Positions 1-8,474 of a DNA stretch of 19,072 nt are shown here, in pieces (positions within the stretch are counted from its first letter, which is position 1; each line of letters begins with the position of its first letter). Made by a program: the position numbers and the translations under genes. Location: positions 1 through 19,072 of the forward strand of contig JAQGDQ010001970.1 in the NCBI GenBank assembly GCA_030141605.1, in the 5' to 3' direction. The stretch comes from Tubiluchus corallicola. Lineage: Eukaryota > Animalia > Priapulida. The notes beneath the pieces are model-generated. The model ran no database searches and had not been told where the DNA came from. It saw only the letters and a list, made by a program, of their open reading frames with translations.

Positions 1-1828
1 AACATTTGAACTCTTGATTTAATTTGTCATACTGAAAACATTTCGACTCTTGATTTAATTTGTCATACTGAAAACATTTCAACTCTTGATTTAATTTGTC
101 ATTCTGAAAAACATTTCAATTCTTGATTTAATTTGCCATACTGAAAACATTTCAAATTTGATTTAAACATTTCAACTCTTGATTTAATTTGTCATACTGA
201 AAACATTTCAACTCTTGATTTAATTTGCCATACTGAAAACATTTCAACTCTTGATTTAATTTGCCATACTGAAAACATTTCAACTCTTATTTTTTGTTGT
301 TTTTTGTTTTTTGTTTGAAAACATTTCAATCTTGATTTAATTTGCCATACTGAAAACATTTCAACTCTTGATTTAATTTGCATCTGAAAACATTTCAACT
401 CTTGATTTAATTTGTCATACTGAAAACATTTCAACTCTTGATTTAATTTGCATCTGAAAACATTTCAATCTTGATTTATTTGTCATACTGAAACATTTCT
501 TGTTTAACTCTTGATTTAATTTGTCATACTGAAAACATTTCGACTCTTGATTTAATTTGTCATGTTGAAAACATTTCGACTCTTGATTTAATTTGCCATA
601 CTGAAAACATTTCAACTCTTGATTTAATTTGTCATACTGAAAACATTTCAACTCTTGATTTAATTTGCCATACTGAAAACATTTCATTTGTTTTTTGTAC
701 TCTTGATTTAATTTGCCATACTGAAAACATTTCAACTCTTGATTTAATTTGTCATACTGAAAACATTTCGACTCTTGATTTAATTTGTCATGTTGAAAAC
801 ATTTCGACTCTTGATTTAATTTGCCATACTGAAAACATTTGAACTCTTGATTTAATTTGTCATCTGAAAACATTTCAACTCTTGATTTAATTTGCCATAC
901 TGAAAACATTTCAATTTGATTTAATTGCCATACTGAAAACATTTCAACTCTTGATTTAATTTGTCATACTGAAAACATTTCAACTCTTGATTTAATTTGC
1001 CATACTGAAAACATTTCAATTCTTGATTTAATTTGCCATACTGAAAACATTTCAACTCTTGATTTAATTTGTCATACTGAAAACATTTCGACTCTTGATT
1101 TAATTTGTCATACTGAAAACATTTCAACTCTTGATTTAATTTGTCATACTGAAAACATTTCAACTCGATTTAATTTGTCATTCTGAAAACATTTCAACTC
1201 TTGATTTAATTTGCCATACTGAAAACATTTCAATTCTTGATTTAATTTGTCATACTGGAAACATTTCAACTCTTGATTTAATTTGCCATACTGAAAACAT
1301 TTCAACTCTTGATTTAATTTGTCATACTGAAAACATTTCAATTCTTGATTTAATTTGCCATACTGAAAACATTTCAATTCTTGATTTAATTTGCCATACT
1401 GAAAAACATTTCAATTCTTGATTTAATTTGCCATACTGAAAAACATTTCAACTCTTGATTTAATTTGCCATACTGAAAACATTTCAACTCTTGATTTAAT
1501 TTGTCATACTGAAAACATTTCAACTCTTGATTTAATTTGTCATTCTGAAAACATTTCAACTCTTGATTTAATTTGTCATACTGAAAACATTTCAACTCTT
1601 GATTTAATTTGCCATACTGAAAACATTTCAACTCTTGATTTAATTTGTCATACTGAAAACATTACAACTCTTGATTTAATTTGTCATACTGAAAAACATT
1701 TCAACTCTTGATTTAATTTGCTATACTGAAAACATTTCAATTCTTGATTTAATTTGTCATACTGAAAACATTTCAACTCTTGATTTAATTTGTCATACTG
1801 AAAACATTTCAACTCTTGATTTAACTTG
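1..1828. repeat. Minisatellite, 36-bp unit (AACATTTCAACTCTTGATTTAATTTG[T/C]CATACTGAA), about 50 copies, runs off the left edge; intronic in INPP5A
   Basis: Unit read directly, head-to-tail with no spacers. Explains the 12-aa periodic minus-strand ORFs (KCFQYDKLNQEL). Confidence 0.98.
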
Positions 1829-2127
1829 AATTTGTACAACTTACCTTGTTTCTATGGAACAATGGTTAAATCAGCACAATCAACTCTTAGGCTCCAGAGA
1901 CTACTTATTTCAATTTCGTAAATCATACACGGGAGAAAAAGGTTTTAAAGCTCCTTAAGATTTAAGGACTGCTCTTACTTGTTAGTTGTTAATATGGTCT
2001 TGCTGGTTTAGCCTTGCATGCTAGTTTGGTAAATTTCGTGAGAATTCTCTTGTCATGTCACATTAACGACACAAAATCTCTTTCTTAATACACCAGATAA
2101 TGAGTAACAGTAAAACAACAGTCTTAC

Positions 2128-2212
2128 CTGTACTACCATTTGTGTATCGAGCCGGAAGTTGAAATCACCAAAAACAAAATAGGGAACATTTTCTAAGTTG
2201 TCCGTATTGAAC
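2128..2212 (-). CDS. INPP5A: INPP5A internal exon (85 bp): (R)FNTDNLENVPYFVFGDFNFRLDTQMVVQ, with the catalytic GDxNxR motif
   Basis: Minus-strand acceptor gtgctttcag|G and donor CAG|gtaaga. YFVFGDFNFRLD is the type I inositol polyphosphate 5-phosphatase signature. Phase matches the exon at 10572-10517 (AG+G = Arg). Confidence 0.95.
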
Positions 2213-2907
2213 CTGAAAGCACAATCATATTGTGTTTTATTAACATTATATACAACAATGCTCTAGCATATGACTTGTGGCAAAACTGCGTAAAACAGGA
2301 AACGAATACAGCCAAGGAGTTATCATTAGAAAATACAAAAAAAAAGTTTTAGCATGACTGTTGCACAAAATTTGATGAAAGACTTTGGCAAAAAAAAACT
2401 GAAAAGTATCTGGGATTCTTGTATACATGGTAAGGCGGTCAACAAGAACAAAAGAGTGACATGTACACTGGACTACTGGTAATTTCAACGTACATGTAAT
2501 TCGGAATTTTGAAGTGTGTGTTCTCGGTTTGTGCAATATACATCATTCATTTTTTCACAGAAACTCGTACATCAAAGGTATAGAAACGTGGATGCAGAAT
2601 TTAGTGGCAACTGGTATATTTAATATAATCATGCCTCACTCTCTCAAGATATTATGTCAATGACAATATACATTGAAAATATGCAAATGATGAGGTAATC
2701 CTTAAGGTAATTGGGTGGGGGGTAGAAAACATATGGTGAGGTTGAAGATGAGGTGGAAATGTGCTTGAATTTGAAAGAAAGATGTAATCTGATGCAACAG
2801 TCAGGGCCACCATGAAGATGGCACTGTCACTAAACAGTGAGTAATCTTGTACATTAAAATGCAACGATCACCCTCTCTTTGACATTCTAATATGGGTCAC
2901 CGTAGTT

Positions 2908-3530
2908 GATGTAGTTTGGTTGTAACGCTGCTACGTCTAGTACAGTCATTATGATCGAACTTTTTAGTGTGTCCTTGTCCTTCTAGGACTGAGAATCTGA
3001 TGCAGTGTGGTTGTAACGCTGTTATGTCTAGTATAGTCATTATGGTCGAACTTTCTAGTGTGTCCTTGTCCTTCTAGGACTGAGAATCTGATGTAGTTTG
3101 GTTGTAACACTGCTACGTCTAGTATAGTCATTATGATCGAACTTTCTAGTGTTCTTGTCCTTCTAGGACTGAGAATATGATGTAGTGTAACACTGCTACG
3201 TCTAGTATAGTCATTATGATCGCACTTTCTAGTGTGTCCTTGTCCTTCTAGGACTGAGAATCTGATGCAGTGTGGTTGTAACACTGCTACGTCTAGTATA
3301 GTCATTATGATCGAACTTTCTAGTGTTCTTGTCCTTCTAGGACTGAGAATCTGATGTAGTGTAACACTGCTACGTCTAGTATAGTCATTATGATCGCACT
3401 TTCTAGTGTGTCCTTGTCCTTCTAGGACTGAGAATCTGATGTGGTGTGGTTGTAACACTGCTACGTCTAGTATAGTCATTATGATCGAACTTTCTAGTGT
3501 TTCCTTATCCTTCTAGGACTGAGAATCTGA
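2908..3530. repeat. Minisatellite, 7 copies of an 85-91 bp unit (lengths 91,91,89,85,89,85,91)
   Basis: Unit starts at 2908, 2999, 3090, 3179, 3264, 3353 and 3438. Core is GTCCTTCTAGGACTGAGAATCTGA. Confidence 0.97.
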
Positions 3531-3554
3531 ATTCCATTTTGACCTAATAGGAGA

Positions 3555-3690
3555 GATGCAGGCAATTCTTTTCAAGTATGATGGTATAAAACAGGTCCAG
3601 AAGCATGTCTTGTTTAGTGGGCTCGCATTGCATTTGTGAGAGTCCATGATAATTCAGGCTGTGTATTAGCTTTCTAGAACTGGTTTTCTC
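3555..3690 (-). mobile_element. Degraded non-LTR retrotransposon (LINE) APE endonuclease fragment
   Basis: Minus strand translates SSRKLIHSLNYHGLSQMQCEPTKQDMLLDLFYT, resembling the L.Q....PTR....LDL..T motif of LINE endonucleases. The fragment is short and isolated. Confidence 0.5.
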
Positions 3691-4515
3691 CAAACAGTTT
3701 TTAAACTTCTGCTTGCACTGCATTACTGTTTCTTCATCACTTGTAAGTATAATTACATTTGTAACAATTTAAATCTTTAATAATTTTTTTTGTTAACAGT
3801 TAAGTCTGCACTCTTATTGGTTGCTTTAGTTGCTCTAAATAGGTTCTATATTTGACCTTGTAGCATAGCAGATAAAATTAGTCATTAGATCATAAAAACT
3901 AAAACATAAAAACAAAAAAAAATAAGAAGTAAATTCACAAGGTTAACATCTTGAAAAACGCAACAACTAACAATTAGTTACAACGTACCGCAAATAAAAC
4001 CTAGTTAAATATCAAAAACATGAAAATAAAACTGCACAAAGTATCAATGATTCTTTCAACAATTTTTACCTCAATGCTTAGCTTGGTATGTAGACTTAGT
4101 ATGCACGTGTTATACAATACACAATTCACACTAACGATAAGAGGCAAATCAAATAAAACAAACAGTTCACCAGTTAGACTAGAGCAAAACACTGAGCAAA
4201 CAATCCATTATCGTTACGCCATCTGAATGCAATGTGGTACAAAAGAAAGCTATGTGCTCACTCAATATTCACACTTTCACGAAGGCTTACGCAAACGTTG
4301 AGATGTATCTACACTTGATGATAAGCGCAGACGTAAATAAGCTACAATGCAAACAGAAATGTCTAGAATATTTTTGCATTATTGAGAATATGCAGCAGTA
4401 AAATAAGCTACCACTTTAAGCAAACTGGACGATAAATGCTACTCAATAGACAGACCAGTAATTAAACCTGTTATTTCAGGGATCATAGTAAAAACTTCCA
4501 CGAGTGCTTTTCGTG

Positions 4516-5946
4516 ATGAAAAATTCAACAAGTCTATGTGTTATAATACTTCAACTGTCTATTATTTTGTGTGGATACAGTGTGGCAGAAGGTCAAAATG
4601 ACCGCAGTGTGAATCCCAGAGGAAACGGAAATGACCAAAATGGGCACTGTCCAAGACAGATTCGAATAAACACATCAGAACATGGTATGAAACACATACG
4701 AGCCGCATATTCCGTGGAAGGTGCACATGTCTCGTCTGGAATAATTTTACCCTTGTTGACAATTTTATGTGAAGCCCTGAACGTGAGCTACACAGTCGAA
4801 TATTTCAATCTGTCAGAGAAAAGTTTCAGACAGAAGATTCAAGAAAGTGACACGGATTTGATAATTGATCTGCTGGCTTGGACACACTCGCGAAGCAAGG
4901 TCATGTCATTCATTCCTCTAAGTTTTACGATACAGGAAACTTTTTTAATCAAAAAGACAGAAGACAGTGTTAACCAATCATCACTCGTGAAGCCATTCAG
5001 TACAGACGTCTGGCTGAGTTTGATGGGGAACATTCTTCTTGTGGCATTTTTACTATTCGCAGGAGAAAAATGCATAGTAGGCGGAACTAGAAACAAAGAC
5101 AATGGTAATGTAATGCAGTATACCAGCTCTATTTTACCACCACTCCTTAAACAAGCAGGTCCAACTTCACCAAGAAGTGTGGCATCTCGAATACTAATGT
5201 CCTGTTGGTGGCTGTTTGCCTTGACAGTTACGGCTTTGTACACAGGTGCATTAGTGTTAAATCTTACATTAGCAACACCAGTTTATCCATTCACATCACT
5301 CGAGGAGCTACTGGAGAGCAGAATAACTCCTGTTACTATGTCTGAATGGGCAATCACTGAAGTGTTTCGTGACAGCCCACCAGATACCATATATGGAAAG
5401 CTTTGGAGCAGAATGCAGTCAGACAAAAATTCTTTACAGAAAAATATTGATGGAGCTGCTGAATTAGTTAACACCGGTAAATACACTTTCCTGGCGGGGA
5501 CACACGTGTTGGAAACAGAAATGTTTCATGATTTCAAGAAACATGGCAAATGCCGATTTACAATGGCGCCATTTATGCTACGAGAGGTCGACGTTAGCTG
5601 GGCAGTACCAATAGGAAGCAAACACCAAGAGATGCTCCGACGTGGACTCGGGTCTATTTTCCGGTCCGGTTTTGCGGATAAGCTTATACGTGACAATTTT
5701 GAAAAAAATGGTTCGCACTGTTTAAAACCTGCTACTCAAACAATTCGGGAAGATGACCTGAGTCTTCATGATCTGCGCCATGCTTTTGCTTTACTAATTG
5801 TTGGTTATGCCAGTGGAATGATCCTAGTTTGTGCAGAATACTTCTGCTTGAAAAAAAGAAATGCAGCTAAGAAGCCGACAAAGATCTGCATTAAACACAC
5901 TAACATGTTTCTCAATGTGCCAGAAAACTTGAAAACAAATGTCTGA
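4516..5946 (+). CDS. Intronless divergent ionotropic receptor / iGluR-like ligand-gated channel, copy 1 (476 aa from ATG 4516)
   Basis: Signal peptide (MKNSTSLCVIILQLSIILCGYSVA); S1 WTHSRSKVMSF; pre-M1/M1 KPFSTDVWLSL...; pore LLKQAG; PRSVASRILMSCWWLFALTVTALYTGALV (M3, SYTANLAAF-like); S2 PFTSLEELL with both S2 cysteines; M4 LSLHDLRHAFALLIVG...AEY. ATG 4516 is homologous to the copy-2 start (MKN), so it is preferred over GTG 4504. Confidence 0.92.
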   Translation: MKNSTSLCVIILQLSIILCGYSVAEGQNDRSVNPRGNGNDQNGHCPRQIRINTSEHGMKHIRAAYSVEGAHVSSGIILPLLTILCEALNVSYTVEYFNLSEKSFRQKIQESDTDLIIDLLAWTHSRSKVMSFIPLSFTIQETFLIKKTEDSVNQSSLVKPFSTDVWLSLMGNILLVAFLLFAGEKCIVGGTRNKDNGNVMQYTSSILPPLLKQAGPTSPRSVASRILMSCWWLFALTVTALYTGALVLNLTLATPVYPFTSLEELLESRITPVTMSEWAITEVFRDSPPDTIYGKLWSRMQSDKNSLQKNIDGAAELVNTGKYTFLAGTHVLETEMFHDFKKHGKCRFTMAPFMLREVDVSWAVPIGSKHQEMLRRGLGSIFRSGFADKLIRDNFEKNGSHCLKPATQTIREDDLSLHDLRHAFALLIVGYASGMILVCAEYFCLKKRNAAKKPTKICIKHTNMFLNVPENLKTNV

Positions 5947-6000
5947 ATAATGAATAAGAATACTTTTGTTTTACCTTTTTAAGAACTATGAAAAATAACT

Positions 6001-6006
6001 AATAAA
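6001..6006 (+). promoter_or_regulatory. Candidate polyadenylation signal for receptor copy 1
   Basis: AATAAA 55 bp after the stop codon, followed by T/GT-rich sequence. The AT-rich context makes chance occurrence possible. Confidence 0.35.
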
Positions 6007-6199
6007 CATGGGCCTGCTTATTTTTGCCATTGTCAATTTTTGGGTTGCACTTATATCCAGCTAGATCCCACTTCAGTTTCAAACACTTTTGATTTTCTTT
6101 TCATGTTATTTGAGAAACGGTATTAGGGAAATTATTTGAAGGAAGCAGCTCTCGTATTTTTGCATAGAAAGACTACCAGCCAACTTCTAAACCTTATTA

Positions 6200-6505
6200 G
6201 ACCAGACGATTTAGTCTAGTGGTAATGCATCTGCTTTCCGTCTGGGAGGTCGTGAGTTCGAGCCAGCGGCCGGGTCATACCAAAGACTTTTAAAAATGGT
6301 ACCTGCTGTTGCCCTGCCTGACGCATAGTATTTAGGGTAAAAGTAGGGTAATAATAGTCTCTGTTATGTAGTTGTAGGTTGTTATTTACAGTCGGCGATA
6401 ATAGCTCTTTGAGCTAATGTTAATTGTTGACCCAAAAGCCGACTTTAAATAAAGATTATTTTTATAATTATCATTATTAATTTATTATTATTATTATTAT
6501 TATTA
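6200..6505 (+). mobile_element. tRNA-derived SINE with Meta-type (MetaSINE/MESC-like) central domain and (TTA)n tail
   Basis: Pol III A box TAGTCTAGTGG (6212-6222) and B box GTTCGAGCC (6256-6264). These are followed by GGGTCATACCAAAGACTTTTAAAAATGGTACCTGCTGTTGCCCTGCCTG (from 6272), matching the Meta domain as I recall it. Ends in AAATAAA plus (TTA)n. Confidence 0.8.
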
Positions 6506-6869
6506 CTAAATAACAGCAAGAAGTAGTTTACAAAATTAATGTTTAACAAAATTTCACCATAAACAAATATACGCAAGGTAATGCCTAAAATGATGGTTTG
6601 CAATTTTAAATAGTTGAAGCAAATCAAAACCAAGAAAATGGAACTTCAAAAACTCTTAAAAAGTCTCACAGAAAAACTGAGTTCCATCAGAACAATTGGT
6701 GCACAATTTTGTGATTATTTTCAACGTTTTTTTGTCATCTCGGTGTTATGTGACAGACTTGGTTCTTCACACCAAATAAACAGGCGAGGAGGCGTTCAGT
6801 ATTTGTAACAAAATATTGACGGATGAATGCAACAGCATCACATTTCAACATCATAAGAGTTTTTCCATT

Positions 6870-6944
6870 CTCCTCTATTATTTGCACTCTCTCGTAGGCT
6901 CACATAGCTCCTCTATTATTTGCACTCTCTGACAGGCTCACATA
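6870..6944. repeat. Direct duplication, 38-bp period (CTCCTCTATTATTTGCACTCTCT...AGGCTCACATA x2)
   Basis: Copies start at 6870 and 6908 and differ at a 3-nt patch. Confidence 0.9.
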
Positions 6945-7085
6945 AGTGTCAATATGTGGCAACGGTAAGCACAGAGGAAAACACGAACTGTAATGATGTT
7001 TTTGTGTTAGTGATAACATAGAGCTCATTACAGTAGAACAAAACAGGCAAAAGTATAGGCAAACATTCTAGAGCAGCACTTAAAA

Positions 7086-8474
7086 ATGAAAAATTTGGTA
7101 CTTACACATCTAGTGATTGTAATGTTTGAAGCGTCGATTGTTTTGTGTGGATACATTGTGGAGCCTCAACCAGAAAGTCAAAACCATGACAGTTTGAATT
7201 CCAATAAAAACACAAGTGATCAGAAGAGTGATTATCAAAGGTGGATTGGATTGAATGGATCGAAAAAACTTAATGATGTGAAACACATTCGAGTCGCATA
7301 TTCTGTTACAAGTGCTCATATCAGTTCTGGGTTAATGTTATCCTTGCTGAAAATGTTATGTGAAACCCTGAACTCGACTTATACTATTGAATATTTCAAT
7401 CTGACAGAGAAAAGCTTCAGAAAGAAGATTCGAGAAAGTAACACGGATTTGATAATCGACGACCTTTGTTGGACACCACTAAGAAGCAAGACAATGTCGT
7501 TCATTAATGTAGGCTGGCAGATGCAAGAAACTTTTTTAATCAAAAATACAGAAGACAGTGTTCACCAATCGTCACTCTTGACGCCATTCAGTACAGACGT
7601 CTGGCTGATTTTGATGGGGAACATTCTTCTTGTGGCATTTTTACTATTCGCAGGAGAAAAATGCATAGTGGGCAGAACTAGAAACAAAGACAATGGTAAT
7701 GTAATGCAGTACACCTGCTCTGCTTTATCACCTCTGCTTTACCAAGCAGGTCCAACTTCACCAAGGAGTGTGGCATCTCGAATTCTAATGTCCTGTTGGT
7801 GGCTGTTTGCTTTGACAGTTACAGCTTTGTACACAGGCATACTGGTGTCATATCTTACATTAGAAACACCAGTTTTTCCGTTCACGTCACTTGAGGAGCT
7901 ACTGGAGAGCAGAATAACTCCCGTTACTATGTCTGAATGGGCAATCACTGAAGTGTTTCGTGACAGCCCACCAGATACCGTATATGGAAAGCTTTGGAGA
8001 AGAATGCAGTCAGACAAAAATTCTTTACAGAAAACTATTGATGGAGCTGTTGAATTAGTTAACACCGGTAAATACACTTTCCTGGCGGGGACACACGTGT
8101 TGGAAACAGAAATGTTTCGTGATTTCAAGAAACATGGCAAATGCCGATTTACAATGGCGCCATTTATGCTACGAGAGGTCGACGTGGGCTGGGTAGTACC
8201 AATAGGAAGCAAACACCATGGGATGCTCCTACATGGACTTCAGTCAATTTTGCAGTCCGGCATCATGGACAAGCTTATGAATGACCATTTCGAAGAAAAT
8301 AATTCAAGTTGTTTAAAACACGCTACTCAAACGGTTCGGAAAGATCGCCTTAATCTTGGTGACCTATGTCATGTTTTTACTTTCATCATTGTTGGTTATG
8401 TCGTTGGAGTGCTGTTAGTATGTGCAGAATACTTGAAGAAATGCCACTACGAAACCAATCGAGCTCTGTGGTGA
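7086..8474 (+). CDS. Intronless divergent ionotropic receptor / iGluR-like ligand-gated channel, copy 2 (462 aa)
   Basis: Same architecture as copy 1: signal peptide, S1 WTPLRSKTMSF, M1 TPFSTDVW, pore LLYQAG, M3 LYTGILVSYLT, S2, M4 LNLGDLCHVFTFIIVGY...AEY. Central region is colinear with copy 1 at an offset of 2591 bp. Confidence 0.92.
   Translation: MKNLVLTHLVIVMFEASIVLCGYIVEPQPESQNHDSLNSNKNTSDQKSDYQRWIGLNGSKKLNDVKHIRVAYSVTSAHISSGLMLSLLKMLCETLNSTYTIEYFNLTEKSFRKKIRESNTDLIIDDLCWTPLRSKTMSFINVGWQMQETFLIKNTEDSVHQSSLLTPFSTDVWLILMGNILLVAFLLFAGEKCIVGRTRNKDNGNVMQYTCSALSPLLYQAGPTSPRSVASRILMSCWWLFALTVTALYTGILVSYLTLETPVFPFTSLEELLESRITPVTMSEWAITEVFRDSPPDTVYGKLWRRMQSDKNSLQKTIDGAVELVNTGKYTFLAGTHVLETEMFRDFKKHGKCRFTMAPFMLREVDVGWVVPIGSKHHGMLLHGLQSILQSGIMDKLMNDHFEENNSSCLKHATQTVRKDRLNLGDLCHVFTFIIVGYVVGVLLVCAEYLKKCHYETNRALW

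Noticed and set aside
1-1828. 36-bp repeats as a CRISPR array, or as a repeat-protein gene (KCFQYDKLNQEL ORFs)
   Set aside because: Units are contiguous with no unique spacers, no cas genes are present and the context is a eukaryotic intron. Frequent frameshifts break the ORFs.
1839-1900. Minus-strand donor AAG|GTAAGT at 1845/1844 as the next INPP5A exon
   Set aside because: All upstream frames hit stops or lack INPP5A similarity. The next exon is probably beyond the left edge.
2964-3479. 171-aa ORF, and the idea that the unit derives from the LINE endonuclease SDH motif
   Set aside because: The ORF is a by-product of the tandem array. The DH match needs a frameshift and its spacing from LDLFYT is too long.
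4470-4515. GTG start at 4504 and possible acceptor TTATTTCAG at 4471-4479
   Set aside because: ATG 4516 gives a signal peptide and matches the copy-2 start. The acceptor could only be a 5' UTR intron end and has no other support.
6200-6275. Functional tRNA gene
   Set aside because: No convincing acceptor stem, and the sequence runs directly into a SINE body and tail.
4562-8212. Minus-strand ORFs overlapping the receptor genes
   Set aside because: Antisense shadows of the real ORFs with no recognisable motifs. The INPP5A peptide is continuous without them.
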